This document shows positions 20,293-29,773 of a DNA stretch of 64,000 bases, in pieces. Source of the stretch: Candidatus Nomurabacteria bacterium (lineage in GTDB: Bacteria > Patescibacteriota > Minisyncoccia > Phycocordibacterales > UBA9973); assembly GCA_023267195.1 (NCBI GenBank), contig JAHFNT010000002.1:23830-87829 (forward strand). The letters are read 5' to 3'. Below the pieces are notes generated by a model. The model saw nothing but the letters and a program-made list of their open reading frames with translations, was not told where the DNA came from and made no database searches. The translations under genes were made by a program, and so were the position numbers. Numbering within the stretch: the stretch's first letter is position 1; every line of letters begins with the position of its first letter.

Positions 20293-21468
20293 ATGAGCAA
20301 ACTGACTAAGCGAAAGATTTATTCAAAAGACGGAGTGGATGTAGCGGAAGAAGCTTTGTTTAGCAGTTTTGCAGGGTCTGTTTGTAAGGCGAGTTATAAA
20401 AATTCTCCTTTTATTGAAATTAAAGATTTATCCGGAGGCCAGTTTCGCGGCCCTCGGCCTTTTATTTTTAAAAACCTACCGAAAGGATATTTTATAGAAA
20501 CCTCCTCGGATGGAATTGGTACCAAAGGAATAATAATTGATGCAGCAAAAACTCACCACCTCGCTGCTTATGACATTATTGCCATGACAGCAAGCGACAT
20601 CACTCGCTTCGGCGGTATTCCGATCGCTTTTATCAATGTTTTTGATACAACTTCTATTGGGAATGGAGGCGACAAAGTAAGTAGAGTTTATAAAAGTGCA
20701 ATAGTGGGTTTGGGCAAGGTAGCCAAAGAAAATAAAATAGTAATCCTAAAAGGGGAAACAGCGCAAATGGGCGACGCGATAGGCTCAGAAATTAAAAATT
20801 CCAAAACAAAATTAAATTGGTCTGGAGTGATGATTGGCGCCTATCATAAAGATAAAATGATCACCGGAAAAAATTTAGCTCCAGGGCAAGTGATCGTTGC
20901 GCTCAAGGAGGAAGGTTTTAGATGTAATGGTATAAGTTCGATGCGCAAAGCGTTAAGGGAAAAATTCGGAAAGGAATGGTGGAAAAATCCGAAAGCAAAA
21001 CAAAGCATAAAACAAGCGGCTCATCCGTCAGTATTGTATGACAGGTATGTGAATACACTACATGGTTGGTTCAATAAAAATTTAAAACCAGAAATAAATA
21101 TCCATGGTATAGTTCATCTCTCGGGAGGCGCATTTCAAGAAAAATTGGCCAAGGATGTTCTCTTCCCTAAAAAGCTTTCCGCGGAACTTTTTGACTTATG
21201 GGAACCACCGAAGATCATGCGGGAATGCGCAGAGTGGCGTAAGATTACTGATGGGGAATTTTATGAAGTTTGGCATGGAGGACAAGGCATGCTATTAATT
21301 ATAGAAGAAAAAGATGCCAGTTATGCTATAAAGAGAGCAAGAGATTTTGGAATTAAAGCAAAAATCGCGGGTAAAATTACAAAAGAATCAATACCACAAG
21401 TTTTAATAAATTCTAAATTAACTCCCGGTAAAATTATTATTTATTCCGCCAAAGGCGGATTAGCTTAG
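20293..21468 (+). CDS. purM: Phosphoribosylformylglycinamidine cyclo-ligase (AIR synthetase), divergent
   Basis: The N-terminal YSKDGVDV resembles the PurM YKDAGVDI motif. The PurM/AIRS fold (DGIGTKGIII; GETAQMG) is present, and the gene sits in a pur operon context between purE and purC. Confidence 0.7.
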   Translation: MSKLTKRKIYSKDGVDVAEEALFSSFAGSVCKASYKNSPFIEIKDLSGGQFRGPRPFIFKNLPKGYFIETSSDGIGTKGIIIDAAKTHHLAAYDIIAMTASDITRFGGIPIAFINVFDTTSIGNGGDKVSRVYKSAIVGLGKVAKENKIVILKGETAQMGDAIGSEIKNSKTKLNWSGVMIGAYHKDKMITGKNLAPGQVIVALKEEGFRCNGISSMRKALREKFGKEWWKNPKAKQSIKQAAHPSVLYDRYVNTLHGWFNKNLKPEINIHGIVHLSGGAFQEKLAKDVLFPKKLSAELFDLWEPPKIMRECAEWRKITDGEFYEVWHGGQGMLLIIEEKDASYAIKRARDFGIKAKIAGKITKESIPQVLINSKLTPGKIIIYSAKGGLA

Positions 21469-21485
21469 GACTGAAAATAAACTTT

Positions 21486-22445
21486 ATGGAGATAGAAAAA
21501 ATAAAAGAGCATATAGATGATGTATTGATCGAAACAAATTTCAAAAATCTTGGCGATAAAAAAATAGGGAAAGTGCGTGATGTATATATAGCCGATGATC
21601 ATATCACTCTTATTGCTACTGATCGACACACTTCTTTTGATCGGAAAATTGCCGATGTGCCTTTCAAGGGCGAAGTGCTGAATCAGATTAGCTTGTTTTG
21701 GTTCAAGGAAACAAAAGACATTATCCAAAATCATATTTTAAGCGCTCCGGATCCTAATGTTGTGGTAGTAAAAAAATGCAAAGTTATACCAATAGAAATG
21801 GTCGTAAGAGGCTATCTGACAGGGTCTACGGCCACTTCACTTTGGACCCATTACAAAGACGGGGAAAGAGATTTTGGTGATTTTATTCTTCCAGATGGAA
21901 TGCGCAAAAATCAAAAATTAGAAAAAGTCGTCTTAACTCCCACTACCAAATCAGACGAACACGATAAACCTCTGACCTCTAAAGAAATAATTTCGCAAGG
22001 CCTCATGTCAGCAGAATTATGGAAAGAAGTCTCCGAATCAGCGTTAAAGCTTTTCAAAAGAGGCCAGGAAATTGCAGAAAAAAGGGGATTAATACTAGTG
22101 GATACAAAGTACGAATTTGGACTTGATGAAAGTGGTAAATTGATGCTAATTGATGAAATCCATACACCAGACTCATCCCGTTATTGGAAAAAAGCTACCT
22201 ATGAAGAGAGATTCAATAAGGGAGAGGAACCGGAATATTTCGACAAGGAATTTTTAAGACTTTGGTTTAAAGAACACTCTGACCCATATAAAGATGAAAT
22301 TTTACCAAAAGCTCCGCCGGAAATGGTTGCTGAACTCTCACGCAGGTATATTGAAATTTATGAGACGATCACCGGCAAACAGTTTGAGCACAACTTTTCA
22401 GAGCCAATTCTGGCAAGAATTACAAGAAATCTTAGAGGATTATAA
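21486..22445 (+). CDS. purC: Phosphoribosylaminoimidazole-succinocarboxamide synthase (long form)
   Basis: SAICAR synthetase motifs: LIATDRHTSFDRKIA, LILVDTKYEFG. Confidence 0.85.
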   Translation: MEIEKIKEHIDDVLIETNFKNLGDKKIGKVRDVYIADDHITLIATDRHTSFDRKIADVPFKGEVLNQISLFWFKETKDIIQNHILSAPDPNVVVVKKCKVIPIEMVVRGYLTGSTATSLWTHYKDGERDFGDFILPDGMRKNQKLEKVVLTPTTKSDEHDKPLTSKEIISQGLMSAELWKEVSESALKLFKRGQEIAEKRGLILVDTKYEFGLDESGKLMLIDEIHTPDSSRYWKKATYEERFNKGEEPEYFDKEFLRLWFKEHSDPYKDEILPKAPPEMVAELSRRYIEIYETITGKQFEHNFSEPILARITRNLRGL

Positions 22446-22449
22446 AGAT

Positions 22450-23835
22450 ATGTCATTGAATTCAATTTCACCAATAGACGGACGCTACCATAAATCAACC
22501 TCTATTTTATCGCGAGTCTTTAGTGAGAGGGGACTGATGCGCTACCGCGTGATGGTTGAGGGAGAATATTTGATTGCGTTATCAGAATTAAAAATTAAAT
22601 TAAGAAAATTATCTGATAGAGAAAAGAAAATAATTAGGACACTTTTTGATTTAACAGATGAAGATGCGCAGATTATTTCTGATATTGAACAAAAAGGCTA
22701 TAAAAATATCAAGGCCACCGATCATGACGTGAAAGCGGTAGAATATTTCATGAAAGACAAGCTCGAAGATACAACCCTAAAAGATATTTTAGAGTGGATT
22801 CATTTTGGATTAACCAGCGAGGATACCAATAATCTTTCTTATGGATTAATGCTTCGCGATGGAACAGAAATATTAATCCTAAAACTTGAAGAAATAATTA
22901 GGGAATTTAATAAGTTAACCAAAGAACACGCAAATCTTCCAATACTCGCCCGCACTCATGGTCAACCTGCTAGCCCAACAACTTTTGGAAAAGAGTTTAA
23001 GATTTTTTCTTCCAGACTAGAAAGACAAGTAAACAATTTAAAAAAGCAAGAAATTCTTTGCAAATTAAACGGCGCCACGGGCAATTATAACGCTCAAGTT
23101 ATAGCTTTCCCGAATATTGATTGGTTTAAATTCACCAAAACTTTCATCGCTCAATTGAATAAAACAGGGTCTGAAACTCTACGCCTAGAACCAAATTTAT
23201 TTACTACACAAATAGAATCCCATGACTCTTACGCCGAGATTTTTGACAACTTAAAAAGAATTAATACTATTCTGTTAGATTTTAATCAAGATATGTGGCG
23301 GTATATCAGTGATGAATGGATAATACAAAAACCGACAGAGGGAACAGTCGGGAGTTCCACCATGCCCCATAAAATCAACCCGATAAAATTTGAAAATAGC
23401 GAAGGAAACCTAGGAATAGCTAATGCTCTGTTTGAATTTTTTGGAAGAAAATTATCTATTTCTAGGCTGCAAAGAGATCTTTCTGATTCCACAGTGCAAA
23501 GAAATTTCGGTACAGCCTTTGGGCATTCTTTAATTGCCTATGAATACCTGCTAAAAGGATTAAATAAGGTAAGTGTAAATAAAAACAAAATTATCGAAGT
23601 ATTAAACAACCATCCAGAAATTATTGCAGAGGCAATCCAGACAATATTACGCCGTGAAGGAGCAGAAATGCCATATGAAAAATTGAAAGATTTTACTCGA
23701 GGTAAACAAGTTACCTTAGAGGACATACATAACTTTATAAATTCTTTAAAGATTAGTGAAAAAGTAAAAAAAGAACTTTTTAAAATTACTCCGGGAAATT
23801 ATATTGGTCTTGCTTCCAAGCTCGCTTCAAAGTAA
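22450..23835 (+). CDS. purB: Adenylosuccinate lyase
   Basis: MSLNSISPIDGRYHKSTS... with the fumarate-lyase signature GSSTMPHKINP. The start is taken at 22450, because the longer ORF-track start at 22294 overlaps purC. Confidence 0.9.
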   Translation: MSLNSISPIDGRYHKSTSILSRVFSERGLMRYRVMVEGEYLIALSELKIKLRKLSDREKKIIRTLFDLTDEDAQIISDIEQKGYKNIKATDHDVKAVEYFMKDKLEDTTLKDILEWIHFGLTSEDTNNLSYGLMLRDGTEILILKLEEIIREFNKLTKEHANLPILARTHGQPASPTTFGKEFKIFSSRLERQVNNLKKQEILCKLNGATGNYNAQVIAFPNIDWFKFTKTFIAQLNKTGSETLRLEPNLFTTQIESHDSYAEIFDNLKRINTILLDFNQDMWRYISDEWIIQKPTEGTVGSSTMPHKINPIKFENSEGNLGIANALFEFFGRKLSISRLQRDLSDSTVQRNFGTAFGHSLIAYEYLLKGLNKVSVNKNKIIEVLNNHPEIIAEAIQTILRREGAEMPYEKLKDFTRGKQVTLEDIHNFINSLKISEKVKKELFKITPGNYIGLASKLASK

Positions 23836-23844
23836 GATAGAACT

Positions 23845-24108
23845 ATGCTATTTAGGGTGCTAGCGGCAATAATACTTTTGTTTTCTATACTTTTTCTACC
23901 TTTTTGGGTGTCTTTTTTAGTGGGGCTCGCGGGTATGTTTTATTTTAAAATTTTCTCCGAAGCAGTAGCCTTGTTTCTTTTGTCAGATCTGCTCCATGGA
24001 GCAAGAGAAGAGAGATTTTATTCTATGGTGTTTATTTCTTTTTTGATTTCCGCCTTATTTCTATTGATAATAGAAATATTCAAAAAGAAACTGAAATTTT
24101 ATGCTTAA
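23845..24108 (+). CDS. Small hydrophobic membrane protein (3 predicted TM segments) upstream of PBP2, possibly an MreD-like shape protein
   Basis: The 87-aa sequence is strongly hydrophobic. Its position immediately before mrdA is the only basis for the MreD suggestion, and no sequence similarity is claimed. Confidence 0.4.
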   Translation: MLFRVLAAIILLFSILFLPFWVSFLVGLAGMFYFKIFSEAVALFLLSDLLHGAREERFYSMVFISFLISALFLLIIEIFKKKLKFYA

Positions 24109-25780
24109 AAAAAGGTACAATAATTCATTAGTGGAGCCGGATGAAATCTTCCTTGATTCCACCAACTTGCAAAATTTTGATCGCCAGCAATTCGAAGGTC
24201 GAATAGAAAAGCCTATTCCTAAAAAAACCATTATTTTTTTAGGAATTTTGTTTGCATTTATCACAGGAATTTTTTCTGCTCGACTGATTTATTTGCAAAT
24301 ACAAAAAGGTGAGGCGTATTACGCAAGAAGCCAAAATAATACTTTAGAAAAAGCTATCATTTTTACTGATAGGGGAATTATTTATGATCGCAATAAAGTT
24401 GAATTAGCGTGGAATAAAAAAGGGGAAGAAATTTCTATTCCTATACGAACATACTTATCTCCAGGCTTTTCACACCTACTGGGCTATGTAAGTTACCCCA
24501 CCCAAGATAAAGGAGGAAATTTTTGGCAGGGAGAATTTAAAGGAAAAGACGGGCTAGAAAAAGAATATGATGATGTGATCAAAGGAGAAAATGGTTCAAA
24601 AATAATAGAAACAGACGCGCTCGGAAAAGTATATTCTGAAAATATAGTAAATGCGCCCAAAAAAGGCAAAGATTTAGTTACGACAATTGATTCGCGCATT
24701 CAAAAAGAGTTATTCACCCTCATCAAGAATCTATCAGAAAGCAAGAATTTTACTGGTGGGGCTGGAATCATAATAGATATTAATAATGGAGAGATCATTA
24801 CTTCTACCAGTTTCCCAGAATATAATTCTGAAATTCTTTCTCTAGGAAAAGATACTCCTAAAATTAATAATTATTTAACCGATAAAAGTAAAGTTTTTCT
24901 AGATAGAGGAATTTCTGGACTTTATACTCCAGGGTCAATCGTGAAGCCATTTTTTGCCTTGGGCGCCCTAGCTGAAAATATAATTGATCCTTATACAAAA
25001 ATTCTTTCAACTGGATCCATTTCAATCCCCAACCCTTATTTCCCGGACCAAAAAACTGTCTTTAAAGACTGGAGAGTAAATGGCTGGACTAATATGATGG
25101 AGGCAATAGCAGTATCTTCAGATGTATATTTTTATGAAATTGGGGGAGGTTTCGAAAACCAAAAAGGTTTGGGTATAGCTAATCTTGAAAAGTATTCAAA
25201 AATGTTTGGACTAGGAACCAAAACTGATATAGATTTGCCAGATGAAAAAAGCGGAATAATACCAACCCCGGAATGGAAATTGGCCAATTTCAAAGGAGAT
25301 CCATGGAGGATAGGGGATACATATCACACTGCGATAGGACAATATGGATTCCAAGTAACCCCCCTTGAAATGGCAAGGGCCGCGGCAGCTATTGCCAACA
25401 ACGGAAAATTATTAACTCCTCACTTATTATTAAATGATACCAAAAAAGAAAATTCTTTTTCCCAAGTGGACCTACCAGAAGAATATTTCGAGATAGTACA
25501 TAAGGGGATGAGAGAATCAGTTACTTATGGCACAGCCGCTGCGCTCAATGTACCTTATGTAGCAGCGGCCGCCAAAACTGGTACCGCTCAAGTTGGAGTT
25601 GCTAAGAATAAAGTTAACTCATGGATTATAGGATTTTTCCCTTATGAAAATCCTAAATATGCTTTTACTGTAATGATGGAGGCTGGCCCAAACACCAACA
25701 GCGTCGGAGCCTCTTCGGTTATGCGCGAACTTCTTGACTGGATGTCTATTAACGCTAAAGAATATTTTGGAATAAAATGA
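24101..25780 (+). CDS. mrdA: Penicillin-binding protein 2 (peptidoglycan D,D-transpeptidase)
   Basis: N-terminal membrane anchor, a PBP dimerisation domain, an SxxK-type motif (GSIVKPF), and KTGTAQV and SWIIGFFP in the transpeptidase domain. Confidence 0.8.
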   Translation: MLKKRYNNSLVEPDEIFLDSTNLQNFDRQQFEGRIEKPIPKKTIIFLGILFAFITGIFSARLIYLQIQKGEAYYARSQNNTLEKAIIFTDRGIIYDRNKVELAWNKKGEEISIPIRTYLSPGFSHLLGYVSYPTQDKGGNFWQGEFKGKDGLEKEYDDVIKGENGSKIIETDALGKVYSENIVNAPKKGKDLVTTIDSRIQKELFTLIKNLSESKNFTGGAGIIIDINNGEIITSTSFPEYNSEILSLGKDTPKINNYLTDKSKVFLDRGISGLYTPGSIVKPFFALGALAENIIDPYTKILSTGSISIPNPYFPDQKTVFKDWRVNGWTNMMEAIAVSSDVYFYEIGGGFENQKGLGIANLEKYSKMFGLGTKTDIDLPDEKSGIIPTPEWKLANFKGDPWRIGDTYHTAIGQYGFQVTPLEMARAAAAIANNGKLLTPHLLLNDTKKENSFSQVDLPEEYFEIVHKGMRESVTYGTAAALNVPYVAAAAKTGTAQVGVAKNKVNSWIIGFFPYENPKYAFTVMMEAGPNTNSVGASSVMRELLDWMSINAKEYFGIK

Positions 25781-25819
25781 ATATTTGCATTAAAACTTTT
25801 TATAAAATATAATAAACTC

Positions 25820-26041
25820 ATGACTAAAGTGAGAGTACTTTTGGCTTTGGGGGTGTGGGTTACAATACTTCCATACTTGGGATTCCCATATTCCTGGAAA
25901 GATATATTGTTTACCATTACAGGGTTGGCGCTTATTTATGTTGGCTATCTTCTCTATAGCTACTTCAAAGAGAAAGAAACCAAAGAAGAAAGTTTTGACA
26001 ACTTCAAGGAAAATAGTAATTTTGATCAGCTAGATAAATAA
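25820..26041 (+). CDS. Small membrane protein (2 TM), hypothetical
   Basis: A 73-aa ORF with two hydrophobic helices and an acidic tail. It is tightly packed between mrdA and the Ctp protease gene. Confidence 0.4.
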   Translation: MTKVRVLLALGVWVTILPYLGFPYSWKDILFTITGLALIYVGYLLYSYFKEKETKEESFDNFKENSNFDQLDK

Positions 26042-26042
26042 A

Positions 26043-27254
26043 ATGGAAAATTTTTCTAAAACAAGATATTTTACAGTTATTGTTTTTTTTGTTGTCTTGT
26101 CATTTGTTTCCGGTATTTATATTGGAAATAACAATCGACCTCCTATAGAAAAAGTATCAAATATCTCCGGGAAAGAACCGCAAGTTGAAACTCAAACAGA
26201 TTTTTCGCCTTTTTGGAAAGTTTGGAACATTATGAATGAAAAGTATCCAGATGCAGCCAAAACAACCGATCAAGCTAGAGTTTATGGGGCAATTGCTGGG
26301 CTTGTAAGCTCATTAAATGACCCATACAGCGTATTTTTTACCCCAGAGGAAACTAAGTCGTTTGAAGAGGAAATAGCAGGGAATTTTGATGGTATAGGTA
26401 TGGAAGTCGGCATAAAAGATAAAGTACTTACAGTCATAGCTCCACTTAAAGATACTCCGGCATATAGGGCTGATATTAGGTCAGGGGATAAAATTCTAAA
26501 AATTGATAAAGTTGTCACCACAGACTTGAGTGTTGAAGAAGCTATTAAATTGATCAGAGGACCAAAAGGAACCTCTGTCACCCTCACAATTTTCCGTGAA
26601 GGAATAGAAAAACCGAAAGAAATAAAAATAATTAGGGATACAATAAGCATTCCCACTCTAGACACCGAAGTTAGGAAAGATGGAATTTTTGTAGTAAAAC
26701 TATATAGCTTTTCTGCCAACTCAGCCAATCTTTTCCGAAATGCAATGAAACAGTTTGCGGAGTCAGGATATGACAAACTTCTGCTTGATCTCCGCGGAAA
26801 TCCTGGCGGATATTTAGATGCAGCAGTAGATATGGCGAGCTGGTTCCTCCCCGGTGGGAAAGTGGTAGTAACTGAAGATTATGGCAATAATAAAACTGGC
26901 GAAATATTCAGAAGCAAGGGTTATGATATATTCAATGATAAATTAAAATTTGTAATTCTAATAGATGGTGGTTCTGCTTCGGCTTCCGAGATATTAGCGG
27001 GGGCAATGCAAGACAATGGGCGAGCAAAATTAGTCGGGAGTCAGAGTTTTGGTAAAGGATCAGTACAACAAGTCATTGACGTAACCTCGGATACTGTTCT
27101 GAAAATTACTGTAGCAAAGTGGCTTACACCCAACGGAACTTCTATCTCAGAAAAAGGCTTAACGCCGGATTATGTAGTAGAAATGACTCAAGAAGATTTG
27201 AATAAAAAGTTTGATGTACAGATGAATAAAGCGGTAGAACTATTGTTAAAATAA
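26043..27254 (+). CDS. Carboxyl-terminal processing protease (S41 family, PDZ domain)
   Basis: FDGIGMEVG...LKDTPAYRADIRSGDKILKID (PDZ domain) and LLLDLRGNPGGYL...GSASASEILAGAMQD (S41 catalytic Ser/Lys region). There is an N-terminal membrane anchor. Confidence 0.85.
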   Translation: MENFSKTRYFTVIVFFVVLSFVSGIYIGNNNRPPIEKVSNISGKEPQVETQTDFSPFWKVWNIMNEKYPDAAKTTDQARVYGAIAGLVSSLNDPYSVFFTPEETKSFEEEIAGNFDGIGMEVGIKDKVLTVIAPLKDTPAYRADIRSGDKILKIDKVVTTDLSVEEAIKLIRGPKGTSVTLTIFREGIEKPKEIKIIRDTISIPTLDTEVRKDGIFVVKLYSFSANSANLFRNAMKQFAESGYDKLLLDLRGNPGGYLDAAVDMASWFLPGGKVVVTEDYGNNKTGEIFRSKGYDIFNDKLKFVILIDGGSASASEILAGAMQDNGRAKLVGSQSFGKGSVQQVIDVTSDTVLKITVAKWLTPNGTSISEKGLTPDYVVEMTQEDLNKKFDVQMNKAVELLLK

Positions 27255-27275
27255 TAATTTAAATTAAATTTATCC

Positions 27276-27719
27276 ATGAAAGTTATATTTTTACAAGATG
27301 TTCCTAGGGTAGGCAAGAGGCATGATGTCAAAGAGATCAACGACGGCTATGCAATGAATTTCTTATTTCCCAGAAAACTGGCTGAGCCAGCAACCCCTAG
27401 AGCAATTTCAGAACTAGAAAAAAGAAAGAAAAATATAGAGATAGAGAGGGAAGTACAGGAAGATCTTTTGTTGAAAAATTTAGAGGAAATAAAAGGTAAG
27501 GTGGTTACTATCACAGCTAAAACAGATGACAAAGGACATCTGTTCTCAAAAATTCATACGAAGGAAATTGTAGAAGAAATGAAACGCCAACATCACGCTG
27601 ATATTAGTGAAGAATTTATTGCCTTAGAAAAACCAATTAAAGAAATAGGGGAGTTTGAAATTGCAATCGCGATAAGGGGTAAAAAATCTTCATTTAAACT
27701 TGTGGTTAATGGCGTATAG
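27276..27719 (+). CDS. rplI: 50S ribosomal protein L9
   Basis: MKVIFLQDVPRVGKRHDVKEINDGYAMNFLFPRKLA is the classic L9 N-terminus. Confidence 0.9.
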   Translation: MKVIFLQDVPRVGKRHDVKEINDGYAMNFLFPRKLAEPATPRAISELEKRKKNIEIEREVQEDLLLKNLEEIKGKVVTITAKTDDKGHLFSKIHTKEIVEEMKRQHHADISEEFIALEKPIKEIGEFEIAIAIRGKKSSFKLVVNGV

Positions 27720-27741
27720 CATAATACTTAATTAAATTTTT

Positions 27742-28521
27742 ATGAAAGAAGGATCTCCAAATAATATATGGCGAGTCTTAAGAGATAATAAGGGCCCCAT
27801 AAAAGATATTTTAATTGGTAAAGAGGGCAAATGGAGAGATTTTGATTCTAGGGTAGGAGATTTTGAGTTAACTTTTGGGGAAGTCATACCAGGTAATGTT
27901 TACCAAAACAGACATGAACCTTCTGTGGGTCAATTTTTTCAGAGGTACATAGAAAAAACCTTGTCAGAGAATGAAGACGGGCATGCGCTAACTGCTGTAG
28001 AATTCGGGGGTCCTGGATCAATGCTTTTTAGGGGTTTTAGTAAGAATTTTTTTAGCCACACAGTTGGTATTTGTTTAAAGGATATCCGAACAAAGTATCA
28101 ACAAGAAGTTGATGAAAGCAATAATCATTCGGTAATTACTGGGGATATATTTGACATTAGGGATAAAAAATTACTAGTAGAGGTCGCTAGTAAATTGGGC
28201 TCAGAAAAAACCGATCTAATTATTTCAAGAATGAAAGGACCGCTTCTTTTTCTGAAAAAAGAGGGTTTTGTTTTAGACAAAATTTTTAGAAATTGGTATG
28301 AATTTTTAAATGAAAACGGTGTTATGTTTATAGAACTAGGCTCTTTAAATGAAGATTTAAAAACTGCTATAAATAAATGGGTAACAGCCTTAAGGGCAAA
28401 TTTTCCAGAAATTGATATTGAGATTCAATTGTATGGTAATGGCATTGTGAGACTACACAAAAGACCTGGGGCACCAAACAAATTGCCACCAGCCTCTAAA
28501 TTAATAGCCAAGGGAAGCTAA
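27742..28521 (+). CDS. Hypothetical protein (259 aa), no recognisable family
   Basis: A long ORF with coding-like composition that converges on rpmA. No motif recognised. Confidence 0.45.
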   Translation: MKEGSPNNIWRVLRDNKGPIKDILIGKEGKWRDFDSRVGDFELTFGEVIPGNVYQNRHEPSVGQFFQRYIEKTLSENEDGHALTAVEFGGPGSMLFRGFSKNFFSHTVGICLKDIRTKYQQEVDESNNHSVITGDIFDIRDKKLLVEVASKLGSEKTDLIISRMKGPLLFLKKEGFVLDKIFRNWYEFLNENGVMFIELGSLNEDLKTAINKWVTALRANFPEIDIEIQLYGNGIVRLHKRPGAPNKLPPASKLIAKGS

Positions 28522-28790
28522 ACCACACTCACTACTTTTTTAACTGCGGTTCTACCATGGAAGGATGTTTTTCTTTTTGAGCCAAATTTTACTGTGCCGT
28601 CTTTGAGAGCAAATAGGGTATGGTCTTTGCCTAAACCTACATTTGTACCGGCAAGTATTGCTGTGCCACGCTGACGTACAATAACGGAGCCAGCTTGGGC
28701 ACTTTGGCCATCTGTAAGCTTAATACCAAGGTATTTTGGCTGGGAGTCTCTTAAATTTTTGGCGGTTCCGCCGGCTTTTCTATGTGCCAT
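28518..28790 (-). CDS. rpmA: 50S ribosomal protein L27
   Basis: [24 protein letters not shown]...[10 protein letters not shown] is the L27 signature. Confidence 0.9.
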   Translation of the reverse strand: MAHRKAGGTAKNLRDSQPKYLGIKLTDGQSAQAGSVIVRQRGTAILAGTNVGLGKDHTLFALKDGTVKFGSKRKTSFHGRTAVKKVVSVV

Positions 28791-28837
28791 ATACTTTTTA
28801 TGTTATTATTTAAAGCAAGTAGAGTATAAACGATTCT

Positions 28838-29224
28838 ATGCAAAAAATCAAGCAATTTATAGAGAGTGAGCGGGGGAAAGACATTTTTGTCGTTCTAGTT
28901 GTAATTTTAGTAGGCTTAGGTTCATTTGAACTAGGCAGACTATCAAAGAGTGACAATTCTTCTGGCATAAAGATAGAATATACCGATCAAAATGGAAACC
29001 AAGAGGCTAGTGCATTAAAGGCGGTAAAATCTTCAAATATTATTCCACCCAAAATTGAATCCACAAATTTTAATAAAAATTTTTTTGCTTCAACCAGGGG
29101 CAGTAAATATTATTCGGTAGGGTGTTCGGCTGGTAAAACTATCAAACAAGAAAATCGCGTCTACTTTGCAACAGGGGAAGAGGCAGAGGGGGCCGGATAT
29201 GAACTTTCTAGCTCATGCCAATAG
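28838..29224 (+). CDS. Membrane-anchored protein with C-terminal Ada-like metal-binding-type domain
   Basis: N-terminal TM helix. The C-terminus KYYSVGCSAGKTIKQENRVYFATGEEAEGAGYELSSSCQ follows the Ada_Zn_binding-like pattern Y-x-x-x-C...N...F.S.EEA..AGY..C. Confidence 0.4.
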   Translation: MQKIKQFIESERGKDIFVVLVVILVGLGSFELGRLSKSDNSSGIKIEYTDQNGNQEASALKAVKSSNIIPPKIESTNFNKNFFASTRGSKYYSVGCSAGKTIKQENRVYFATGEEAEGAGYELSSSCQ

Positions 29225-29277
29225 AATATCTACGTGTCGCACAATATATGTTGGATACACTAAATATATATCTTCTT

Positions 29278-29571
29278 TTATTGTCCTACCTGGAGCTCTG
29301 TACTGCTGGTGTTGTCAATTTTAGAAATAAGAGGCTGCCAAATAATCTTCAACCAAACATCATTCCAAAGATATGATGCAGGTTCTGCCAAATAATTATC
29401 CCATACTGTTTTAGCAGTTCGTTCAACATAATTTATATTTTCTTGGCCAGTAGGACTCTCCACCACAGCTCTGATGCTAACATTAAAATAGCTTAACACT
29501 AAAATTATTACTAAAGAAAGAAAAAATACCCCTAATATGCTTATCCCTCTTTGTTTGTTATCTTTTTTCAT
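29278..29571 (-). CDS. Membrane-anchored hypothetical protein
   Basis: 97-aa ORF with an N-terminal TM helix (ISILGVFFLSLVIILVLSYF) and no recognised domain. Confidence 0.4.
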   Translation of the reverse strand: MKKDNKQRGISILGVFFLSLVIILVLSYFNVSIRAVVESPTGQENINYVERTAKTVWDNYLAEPASYLWNDVWLKIIWQPLISKIDNTSSTELQVGQ

Positions 29572-29578
29572 AACATCG

Positions 29579-29725
29579 CTATCTTAAGACACTACTAAAG
29601 AATGATATAAACCAATGAACGAGACCAGAAACAGTGATTCCTAAATATTTCATTATTAGTAAAGCGATAATTACAAGAATTATTATTTGTAAAAATCCAC
29701 CTTCATTGTTTTTGATATTATTCAT
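29579..29725 (-). CDS. Possible small membrane protein (48 aa), below the ORF-track size cutoff
   Basis: Read off the minus strand: MNNIKNNEGGFLQIIILVIIALLIMKYLGITVSGLVHWFISFFSSVLR*. It has one or two hydrophobic helices and lies just upstream of the 97-aa membrane ORF. Confidence 0.2.
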   Translation of the reverse strand: MNNIKNNEGGFLQIIILVIIALLIMKYLGITVSGLVHWFISFFSSVLR

Positions 29726-29773
29726 ATATTTATTTATTCACCTATATTATTAATATTAACACAAATTAGAAAT

